64,000 nucleotides of DNA from Octopus bimaculoides (lineage: Eukaryota). The stretch spans positions 5,356,681 through 5,420,680 of the forward strand of contig NC_068992.1 in the NCBI RefSeq assembly GCF_001194135.2, in the 5' to 3' direction. A program made the position numbers and the translations under genes. The notes below the pieces were generated by a model that was not told the DNA's origin, ran no database searches, and was given only the letters and a program-made list of their open reading frames with translations. Of the stretch, positions 53,928 to 64,000 are shown in pieces. Each line of letters opens with the position of its first letter. The first letter of the stretch is position 1.

Positions 53928-54040
53928 CTTTTCATATTCTTTTCTCGAGATATTGTGATCTTGTGGGACAGACATATCTATCCCAGTGTCTGGTCGATTG
54001 AAGTCAATTTTTCTTTCTGTTTGTATTGGGAAATTCCAAT
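53928..54040 (-). mobile_element. Third R4/Dong-like LINE relic (endonuclease motif only)
   Basis: The minus strand reads WNFPIQTERKIDFNRPD-TG-IDMSVPQDHNISRKEYEK, i.e. the RPD...D..VP.D...KE..K restriction-like endonuclease signature with an internal deletion. Confidence 0.65.
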
Positions 54041-55137
54041 CGAACAGTGTGCAACTGGAAAACCGTTCAGCATTTCGCCCAGCCTGCTCGAGTTTCTGCA
54101 AATTTGCCACCTTTTGAGGATAGAAATATTGAGGAAGCAAAGTGGTAAAGAATTTTCATAATCACATAATTTTTGAAACTATAGACGCATCCTTGTGAAC
54201 GAATAAGGAATGTACACCTCGTTTTGCTGTCATTTATTACATCTCTAAATTTAATGATCACAAAATATGCTGAAGCAAGCATCTAGTTTATTCGCGAACA
54301 AATTCCTTCATAAGATATATCTCTCATTTAAAGATATTCTCACTTAATTGATTCAGTTTTCTTCTACGGAAATGTATATATTGTTTGTGTAAAACAATAC
54401 GAGGCATAATTTATATTCACAAATCGCATTTACATATAGACAATAGCGAATATATGCACAAAAGTATGAAGAACATTATATAATGCTATCCAATATGGAG
54501 AAAGTTGTTCATTTTGCCAGAGTGATATGACTGTTTCTTTTATTGTAAATTTTCTACACTATTCTAATATCATAAGAAGATCCAATTGCGTCTCAGCAAA
54601 TTACTTGTCAGATTCCAATTATCTCAGTATTACCCAATGAAATTGTTTTCACTCTATTTTCACGCTGCCAGTTTTGTAGTATTGCATATAATACAATACC
54701 ATGGCGAGGGCCGAAATAAGTTCCACTGGCATAATAGTAATGCTCAAGCACTTTGCTGAAACATTTAGCAAACATCTAAGAACAGAGAAGCTAAAAATTA
54801 GAACATATAAATGAGTTCTTCTCCTTTTAGTTATCCATCTAATATCACATGAAACCAGGGACGTTTCCGCCGCTGTGTGGTTAATTTGCATATAAGTAGG
54901 CGGCTTGGTGAGATATTATACAAGAAATATCCTTATGGTTCAGCAAGTGATTTCAGCAAACTGAAAGCTCAAATATTAGATCTCAGAACGTGCTTATAGA
55001 AGGGAAATTGAGCTGAAGAATCACCTGTCTACATGATGTTACACGGCATGACGAAGGGCCTGTACATCCACGCACGCACGCACAAATACAGATACACAAA
55101 CACACAAACATATATATATATATATATATATATATCA

Positions 55138-55790
55138 AGGAATACAAAAAATGGGACAAGAAGGTAAAACATCCACACATATAGATGAAGCAAATATGGG
55201 ACAACAAAACATCCAGACAGATTATACAAAAGAGTGACAAGAAAAAACACAGACGGCTCATTCGAAGTTTTCTTTCCTCAGTCGAGTTCCAGATTATCTT
55301 TGCAATTTCGGCTGGTTATACTCGAGAAGGCTCCAATCTGGTGAGCCCCGAAGAAAAATTAATCTAAGAGCATTAGATTCCTTGGAAGAAAGCAGCGAAT
55401 ATATATGAAAACAAGGACGAAAAAAAACGGGGAAATGTTACGCAAATACAAATGCAAATTACAGGACATAACAACAGGTGTCTTTCGACTAAGGACGAAT
55501 TAAAATAAGCTGACGTGTGCGAAAGTGAAGCCTTACGGCAGTGACATGAGGGATTACAGCCATGGGGAGGAATATAGATGTTGCACGGATGGTAGTCGAA
55601 CGAATAAAGAAAGTTCAGGCTTGGCCGAAGACCGGTCTATGTTCACTCACGTTCTTAGGTCTCACACGAACTCAAAGTTTCGTAGTCTCCAAACAGGAAC
55701 CTATCATGCCAGTTTCAGGAGATTGATCTGTTACGAGCTCACGACACTTGAAGTTGCATAGGGCCGGATCAAACCACTCCATATAAGAAA
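55138..55790. mobile_element. Unclassified interspersed repeat inserted at (TA)n, possibly Penelope-related
   Basis: GC-richer block between two TA arrays with a terminal partial duplication (ATGGGACAA...AAAACATCCA at about 55151 and 55196). The family resemblance is from memory only. Confidence 0.35.
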
Positions 55791-55846
55791 CCCTTAAAAA
55801 TATGTTGAGCACTTCTTCGTTTCGCTTCTTGACTCACTCATATACA

Positions 55847-55894
<48 letters not shown>

Positions 55895-57965
55895 TCACTC
55901 ATATGCATATATGGATAAAGACACGCATTTATATGTGTGTATATATATAGATGGATAAAAAAATCTATCAATATATACATAAATATATTTTGAGGCCGCG
56001 TGCGTAAGAGCAAAATTTTGATATCATACATGTATCGAAACCTATAATTTCTGTTTCAGCATAAGATACAGAATGCTCATGATGCCTCCGTTTCGTTGAT
56101 AATTTAGCTTTGGATTTCGACTTTTCTCTAAGTCTATATATCTGGTTTAAATTCAATATAGCTTTTCGGTTGCAGGTGAGCGTGAGAAATGCTGTTCGTT
56201 TGAGCAATTACAGAAGTGCCAGTTTCGCAAAACCAAATATTATTTATTATTCGGTGTTCAAATTTATCCGCACCAAGGAACGTCAGTGTCTATTCTTCTG
56301 TAAAATCAATTCATTCCCACTGTGTTGTTTTAACTAACTTTAAAGTAGCGTCCAAGTCGTTAGTGCAAACATAAGACGAAAGAAAATGTAAATGAGTGCA
56401 GGAAAATCGTTACAATTTGATTTACTTGTAGAAATTCATTATCTGGTTAAGCAAACAGTAAATGTTAATTAATGATGTATGTGCAATCAGATAAATGAAG
56501 AGTCTTTAGAGAAAGTATATTTCTGTGAGTGTGTGTGTGTGTGTAAGTGTATTTGTGCGCGCGTGTGTTTGTTTCTGTGTGTGTGTGTGTATGTGTGAGT
56601 GAGTGTATAAAGTAAGTACGCGAATGATGGTAAGATAATAAATATTTACGTAAACTGCGTGTATTCTGAAATTATTTATGTAATTAATGTGTTTTATGTA
56701 CGTGTATGGTGTGTGTTAACAGTAAAATTCGTACGTGTATATGAAAGTAACAGAGATAAAATGCAGTTTGTTAGCTTAAATATATATACGCACACATATA
56801 CACAAAAACATATATATATTTTGTGCATAATTATATGTATACATATATAAATNNNNNNNNNNNNNNNNNNNNNNNNNNNNNNNNNNNNNNNNNNNNNNNN
56901 NNNNNNNNNNNNNNNNNNNNNNNNNNNNNNNNNNNNNNNNNNNNNNNNNNNNNNNNNNNNNNNNNNNNNNNNNNNNNNNNNNNNNNNNNNNNNNNNNNNN
57001 NNNNNNNNNNNNNNNNNNNNNNNNNNNNNNNNNNNNNNNNNNNNNNNNNNNNNNNNNNNNNNNNNNNNNNNNNNNNNNNNNNNNNNNNNNNNNNNNNNNN
57101 NNNNNNNNNNNNNNNNNNNNNNNNNNNNNNNNNNNNNNNNNNNNNNNNNNNNNNNNNNNNNNNNNNNNNNNNNNNNNNNNNNNNNNNNNNNNNNNNNNNN
57201 NNNNNNNNNNNNNNNNNNNNNNNNNNNNNNNNNNNNNNNNNNNNNNNNNNNNNNNNNNNNNNNNNNNNNNNNNNNNNNNNNNNNNNNNNNNNNNNNNNNN
57301 NNNNNNNNNNNNNNNNNNNNNNNNNNNNNNNNNNNNNNNNNNNNNNNNNATATATATATATATACATACATACATGTGTGTGCGTGTATGTATGTATACA
57401 TATATATATAGCCAGCTATTCATCTCATACAGTCAATATATGCGCAAACAACACTAATACGTATGTGTGTAAATGTGTACGTATGTGAGCACGCGCGTGC
57501 TTACTTATACAACAAAGTAAATACACGTTCGTGCGGAAACTGGTGAGTTGGTGGGTTCTATGGATATGACAGACATACATTCCTATTCATTTCATAGTCA
57601 AGCAAATATCTACAGAATGATAGACAGACAGGAATGTAAACAATGGCGAAGCCTTTTACTCAGAGACACCATCCATCTATAGCTTAAACTTCTCCAGTCA
57701 AAGGTTACATAGTGTGTTCAATAGATTCTATTTTTCATCTAAAACTCTACTCATTCTTTACTTCGTTTGATTGATCAGGTTGGTCACTTTGCCAATCAGA
57801 TGAAGTTGTCAACGTGCCTAAAACTATGGCAAGGATGGGATTCGATGAGTGAAGAGAGGGCCACAAATAGAGTTTAATAGCGAAGATGTAAGAATGTTTA
57901 AAAAATGTAAAAGAAAAGGGAAATGTTGGGGATAGGGGAACACACACACACACACACACAGACAT

Positions 57966-58020
<55 letters not shown>

Positions 58021-58193
58021 AACACACACACTCACTCATACACACATGCACATGNNNNNNNNNNNNNNNNNNNNNNNNNNNNNNNNNNNNNNNNNNNNNN
58101 NNNNNNNNNNNNNNNNNNNNNNNNNNNNNNNNNNNNNNNNNNNNNNNNNNNNNNNNNNNNNNNNNNNNNNNNNNNNNNNNNNNNNNNNNNNNN

Positions 58194-58242
<49 letters not shown>

Positions 58243-58409
58243 CTATATATATACATACACATATATATTTATATATGTATGTATTTATATATACACATGT
58301 ATGTATATTATATATATATATATGTGTGTATCGCTGTGTATGCATACGTTTATATGAGTATATATATATATGTATGTATGTTTATGTATACATACACACA
58401 CACACATAA

Positions 58410-58445
<36 letters not shown>

Positions 58446-58506
<61 letters not shown>

Positions 58507-58520
58507 TATATATAAAAGGA
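58446..58520. repeat. (TA)n-(GA)n compound microsatellite
   Basis: Directly visible. Confidence 0.95.
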
Positions 58521-58819
58521 TAGATAGATAGATAGCTTTGCATCTACATATATACACCTCTATCATTCAATCTAGATATACGTATATTCATTTTCTATAT
58601 GCCTAATCATGTCTTCTTGTGTGTTGTCGAATGGCTCAATGTTTAGACTGTTGCTCATCTTTTCTTGTTGCCCCTATCCACTTCGCTCTCAGAAATGGGT
58701 CTCGTATCTTTATGACTCGGGAGTTACTTTCGACATTTATTTTTAAATTTCTACATGTATTTAGGGGGGAAGATTGTAAGTCAAGGAGATTTGTATAGAA
58801 ATATGACACAGCACGCGAA

Positions 58820-58820
<1 letters not shown>

Positions 58821-58887
<67 letters not shown>

Positions 58888-58945
58888 AGAGAGAGAGAGA
58901 GTTAGAGAGAGAGAGAGTTAGAGAGAGAGAGAGTTAGAGAGAGAG
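58821..58945. repeat. (GA)n with four TTA interruptions at 16-bp period
   Basis: TTA at 58886, 58902, 58918 and 58934. Confidence 0.95.
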
Positions 58946-60795
58946 GGAGGGAAAGGGAGTGGAATGCTCGGAAGAGTGTGATAGAGAGACGCAGAGAAAG
59001 AGAGTGATATATGCAGAGATTTTTGCTGTACAGTATATAGTAACGACACCAGTAGTCATTTCAAAGGGAATGAGAAAGAGATAAAATATCGAAAAGAGAG
59101 AGAGGGAAAAATAAATGATAAACTATGAAAAGCATATATAAAGGAAGAAAAGGACATTCCGACTGAACCAAATAGAGGACAATGGGGAAATATGGGATGA
59201 GTGCATGCATGGTGAGAGAGAGAGAGAGGAAGTGAGATAGATAGAGATTGATGTGTAATAGCAAGAGATAATGATTGCTGTGATAGCAAGAGATAAAGAA
59301 AGAGAGCTTGTGAGGACGTTCATGTAATGTGTCTATGTGTTTATGGATATATTTATGTGTATGGAAAGTAGAGAAGGGGAAAAGAGAAGGTAAAACGAAG
59401 AGAAAGAGAGGGAGAGAATTAGAAAAGGAAGGAGCAACAGCTAATGTGTGAGAATAGGTATCAATAAATGAATATTAGCATAGAAAATAAAAATGAAGGA
59501 GAGTGATCGAAAGGTAGAACTAGAAATAAAAGGTGAGTAAGGAAGCAATAGAGAGGGGATGTATGAGGAGGGATGGAGAGAGAGGGGAAGAGCTAAATAT
59601 GCGGAAAGTAAAAGACATATTGCAAAAGGAGATTTCTCAGTGTTGTTGATCTATACCATACCAGCAATACACTGTGTACGCATCAAAGTCATCTGTCGTT
59701 TCACTGTAACATAAAAGGAACGAGAGGTATGAGCAACGAATAGTTCGACTTAAACACACACACACATGAATGTATTTATGTATTACGAACGTTTCTATGT
59801 TGTATATACATATTTATATGTGTGTTTCAGTGTGTGGCTTAGAGTGGGCGTGCGCGTAGGCGTTATTTTTGATTGAAATATTGTAAGAAAAAAACGCTCA
59901 AAATATCGAGTATATATGCAGTAGAAGAAATACAGAAATAGATACAGAAGTAAAGATGTCCTGATATACGAGACACGGATTTTGATTAATAATTGATTTA
60001 GAATACTTTCTTATACGAAGTTAAATTCTCACGGGGCTTGCAGTGATATGAAGTATTTAGAAGACAGGAAAAACACCCCTCCCCTACGAAGTGTACCCTA
60101 GGATATTTGATATGCACTCAACTTTAATTTTCATAGAGCTCCGTTTCTCCAATTAGAGTACAAAATATTATAGAAAGCAATATAAAAAAAGTAGTGCTAA
60201 ATGTATTAAGCAAAGAAAAANNNNNNNNNNNNNNNNNNNNNNNNNNNNNNNNNNNNNNNNNNNNNNNNNNNNNNNNNNNNNNNNNNNNNNNNNNNNNNNN
60301 NNNNNNNNNNNNNNNNNNNNNNNNNNNNNNNNNNNNNNNNNNNNNNNNNNNNNNNNNNNNNNNNNNNNNNNNNNNNNNNNNNNNNNNNNNNNNNNNNNNN
60401 NNNNNNNNNNNNNNNNNNNNNNNNNNNNNNNNNNNNNNATATATGTATATATAATGTATGTATGTATGTATATGTATGTATGTATGTATGTCATACATAT
60501 AGACATCCGTCCTTAGACATCAGAAATGCAACACAATTTAAAACGTCTGGGTCAAATGAAAGAGGTTTATGGAAAACATAATATGAAATTAATAAAACAA
60601 CTAAAACTAAAAACTCAAAATAAAATATTCTCTATAGTTTCCTCACAATAGTTTCTTCGCTAAAAATTATCCAGATATTTTAAGTACCTCAAATACAATC
60701 GGGTCAAATTTGAGGAAAAGTTTCTTGAAAATAGTAACTGTCACTTATGTTCCAAACAATCAACTTCAACAACTATTTCAACTATACTGATCTAA

Positions 60796-60878
60796 TTTTA
60801 CTCCCAACTACGTAACTTATACAGACCAAATTAGTTTTACTCTCAACTACGTAACTTATGCTGACCAATTTTTACTCC
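60796..60878. repeat. Short tandem duplication (about 39-bp unit, 2.2 copies)
   Basis: TTTTACTC(C/T)CAACTACGTAACTTAT occurs at 60796 and 60835, with a partial third copy at 60870. Confidence 0.85.
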
Positions 60879-61746
60879 GAAAGATGATGCAATGGTACAA
60901 AATGAGAGAAATTAACAAGTAGTCATGAAATATTTAATTTGGCACCGATACAAAATGTGCCCCACTTCCATATAGTAATTCTAATTATTTAATAGGATGA
61001 CGAAAGCTATATTATAAAATAAAAGAGGTAAAAGTTTTTATTTAATAAAACATTTGAATATATATGCAATAATTCCAACACTGAAAAACAATGCTTTTAC
61101 ATGTTCAAATATAATTATAATTAAAACGAACTTTAAAATGTTTCTTTACAAAGTTGCTTCATTAAATAAGATCACCAGTTTTCAAACGCTCGCTGAAATA
61201 AATTTAGAAGTAGAAATGTGTGTGCGTATGTTTAAGTGTGTGTGCGTGCGTGTGTGTGTGTGTATTCCTTTAGCTGCTATCGGTCAAGCCAAGGTCAAGT
61301 TCAGTCATGCGTTGAAAACGGAAGAATTTGGCCTAGTTTGGCCTAGAGACCATAGCATTTTTCTATCAATATTTTTTTCTTTATACTTAAACATTCTCTT
61401 TTCTCTGTCGTCCCAAAAGCAGCTACAATTCCTGTGGGAGGGGCTAGGTTGAATTATTTGGTGTTTCTAAAGTGTCAAAAATTTATGGGCATTTATCATA
61501 AAAGAGAATCTATTACACTTTTTAAGAAGTGAAGATACCATTGTCTGTTGAAAAAGAGCCTCATCATGCCTGATTGCGGGAAAATGAGGGGACCTACGGT
61601 ATTGAGTGCTACATATATTTCCTAGCAGGGTCCCCTAATATCTAGATGCTCGGGACAATTATATATATCTGCACCATATATATAAATCCGGCCTGTATAT
61701 ATTCACATATGAACACAGACATACATAACTACACATATTGTATTTA

Positions 61747-61798
<52 letters not shown>

Positions 61799-62004
61799 TG
61801 TGTATGTATGTGTGTGTGTTTCTGTGTGTGTGTATGTGTGTGTGTGTATCTGTGTGTGTGTGAGCGCGTGCGAGTGTGTACAATAGAGTAAACAAAGCCC
61901 AATAGAAATAGTGATTTCCTTGAGAATGATCTTCGATTTTTGCATGGCTGGATCGTAACCGAGCGGAGAACATTTATATTTCAGAATAGCATAATAATAG
62001 GAGA

Positions 62005-62055
<51 letters not shown>

Positions 62056-62114
62056 TTACATAGATATGCAAATATACATACGTATGCATATATGTATACG
62101 CACACGATCGAATA

Positions 62115-62207
62115 CGTACTGGGATCGATTTATTAGACTAAAACCTTTGAAAAGGGCGCCCCAGCATGGCCGTACTGAAATACCTGAATCGAGTAAAAGA
62201 CAAAAGA
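62115..62207 (+). mobile_element. SINE 3' tail fragment (family of 38755)
   Basis: GTACTGGGATCGATTTATTAGACTAAA...CCCCAGCATGGCCG...GAGTAAAAGACAAAAGA matches the tail at 39075-39157. Confidence 0.7.
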
Positions 62208-62451
62208 TATGCAATATTCTTCCATTTTTAACACATTTTTTCGAAATACTTTTCTCAACTCCCAAATACCAAATTACTGCTAAATAACGAATCACTAATC
62301 CTTTTCATTGAACTTAACCGCATTTCATTTGATCAGCAATCATAATGCGAGGACTACTTAAAACTGTTCGTGTAAATATAAATGGTGACATTATGGATAT
62401 TGTTCACGCACTGTCAGGGTCCCGGTAAATGATATGGATATATCTGTATGC

Positions 62452-62550
<99 letters not shown>

Positions 62551-63864
62551 CACACACATAACATATTCATATATGAATAATTAATACACGACTCAGGCAA
62601 ACGCATGGGATCAGAAAATGCAGTCAATATATAAGCATATATGGACATTCCGCCTTATTTTAGGGTAAAACAAATAACACGATTCTCATAAAAACTTCTA
62701 TATTCTGTCGTATGGCAAAGCAAGAATCTAGAGCGTGACATAATGTAGAGAATTAAACATTATTTCTCTTTTGTGCAAATATTCCAGCAAACAGCTCCGG
62801 AATTTGGCATCAAAAATCAGACAGGATTACGCAGAATATTAATGAACAAAATAAATAGCCAGAAGTAAACATACCCACAACAATTTCGTAGAAGCATTGA
62901 TGTTTATACTCATTTTGTCAATTCGCATCGCCATCCATGTGCAGGTTTCCAACAAAAAACAAAAGCAACAAAATAATGTATAAATAACACAACAAATTAA
63001 TGAAACATTCATGCGTGCGCACATAACACACATGCAAAACGACGTATTCACATGTCATATATTGAATATTCATGAAATACTGCATGCAGCACTATGTGTT
63101 TAGTTGTACATATATGTGTTGAGTATCTACGCTCTAATGTTATGTACTGTACATAGGGGAAAATATGCAATACGTCTGCATATGCGCATATACTAGACCG
63201 TTTTAAATGTACATTGTATGAAAGTGCATAGTATTTATGTATATGGATACGAAATAATTGATGCTTTTGCATAAATTTGTATATGTGAATGTGTATAGTG
63301 GAGAAAGTTTCCGCTTGTTTGAGAGTATATTTTTTTTATATTTCAATGCATAACGAAATAAATACCATGTATATAGATTCATATACATGATATACTTGCA
63401 CACAGACATACACACACTTACTAACACACAGGATTAATTATCAGAGAGTTCGGGGTTCAACCTATGCTTTGTTACGTCTTGGATTCGAATAACCCACATT
63501 ACAATCGGAGTCGACTTTATCTCCAGTGGTTGCAGGATGTCTAACGACGCTTGGGGGAGGAGGATTTGTTACTGCTGCTCAATCTATTGTTATATGTAAA
63601 CTATGTTTATACATATTTGCTGTTGTGTAACGAAGCTGAAATAAAGTAGGTGATCGACAGACTAGAATATTATGACAATCAAAGCCACAACTTGATGTCT
63701 CTAAACTTTGGAATGGTTTCCTATTATGAAATTTTAATAAATTTGTTTGGACATGAAAAATAAAGAAATGTCTCCATAAGTTAATTCATCGAATTCATAT
63801 AAGCAACATTATTTGGTTTAGTATAACGTTTAATGCAGAAATATTAATGTATCTGTATGTGTAC

Positions 63865-63899
<35 letters not shown>

Positions 63900-64000
63900 C
63901 AAAGCATATACGAAGCGTTTATGTATTCGTGTGTATATGTGGTTCTATATATACAAATGTATTTCTATGCACACGCATCTCACCTCATATATATGTGTAT

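Larger units (their letters stand above)
1994..60438. other. 13 assembly gaps: 1994-2075, 2991-3000, 6740-6869, 13088-13660, 14531-14579, 20779-20976, 28019-28115, 40681-40923, 49342-49583, 53052-53344, 56853-57349, 58055-58193, 60221-60438
   Basis: Runs of N totalling 2771 bases, nearly all flanked by (TA)n, (CT)n or (CA)n. Confidence 0.99.

Noticed and set aside
54883-54892. Octamer ATTTGCAT sites (also near 11200, 23918, 42108, 49202)
   Set aside because: The number seen is about what is expected by chance at this base composition.
55250-55290. Hammerhead-like core on the minus strand (CTGAGGA-AAGAAAACTT-CGAA)
   Set aside because: It has GAAT instead of GAAA, the helix II closing pair is mismatched, and I found no helix I partner. 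At best it is a dead Penelope-type remnant.
43656-57890. Other possible plus-strand exons (43656-43758, about 52531-52593, about 56109-56175, about 57779 onward)
   Set aside because: Each has one good splice signal, but there is no consistent chain or homology; they cannot be distinguished from chance.
11047-63427. Numerous [16 protein letters not shown] and X-filled ORFs
   Set aside because: These are dinucleotide repeats and N gaps lacking stop codons.

Overview
This is AT-rich, microsatellite-dense eukaryotic non-coding DNA with 13 assembly gaps (about 2.8 kb of N), almost all bordered by dinucleotide repeats. The SINE families and repeat profile look like an octopus (coleoid cephalopod) genome. 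That assignment comes from my recollection of octopus repeats, not a database search. No complete protein-coding gene can be supported, and nearly all ORFs in the supplied track are microsatellite or repeat artefacts. The recognisable content is mostly dead mobile DNA. There are three relics of restriction-like-endonuclease (R4/Dong-like) LINEs, all on the minus strand, and two mariner relics. There is also a probable Helentron-type non-autonomous element, a heavily eroded Helitron-like helicase fragment, and at least three tRNA-derived SINE families, including one full-length copy with a 12-bp target-site duplication. A few short plus-strand segments have good splice signals and could be the last exons of a large-intron gene (low confidence). 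The most unusual structures are four. (1) A perfect 71-bp inverted repeat encloses about 870 bp of GC-richer, unassigned sequence (45260-46272). (2) One SINE has a triplicated tRNA-like head and lies next to a tail-to-head SINE chimera, both rearranged at the same GCRTGGC microhomology. (3) A 21-bp minisatellite expanded at the endonuclease catalytic motif of a LINE. (4) A 40-bp near-perfect palindrome sits at 30192-30231. I see no convincing new biological system; the findings are leads.
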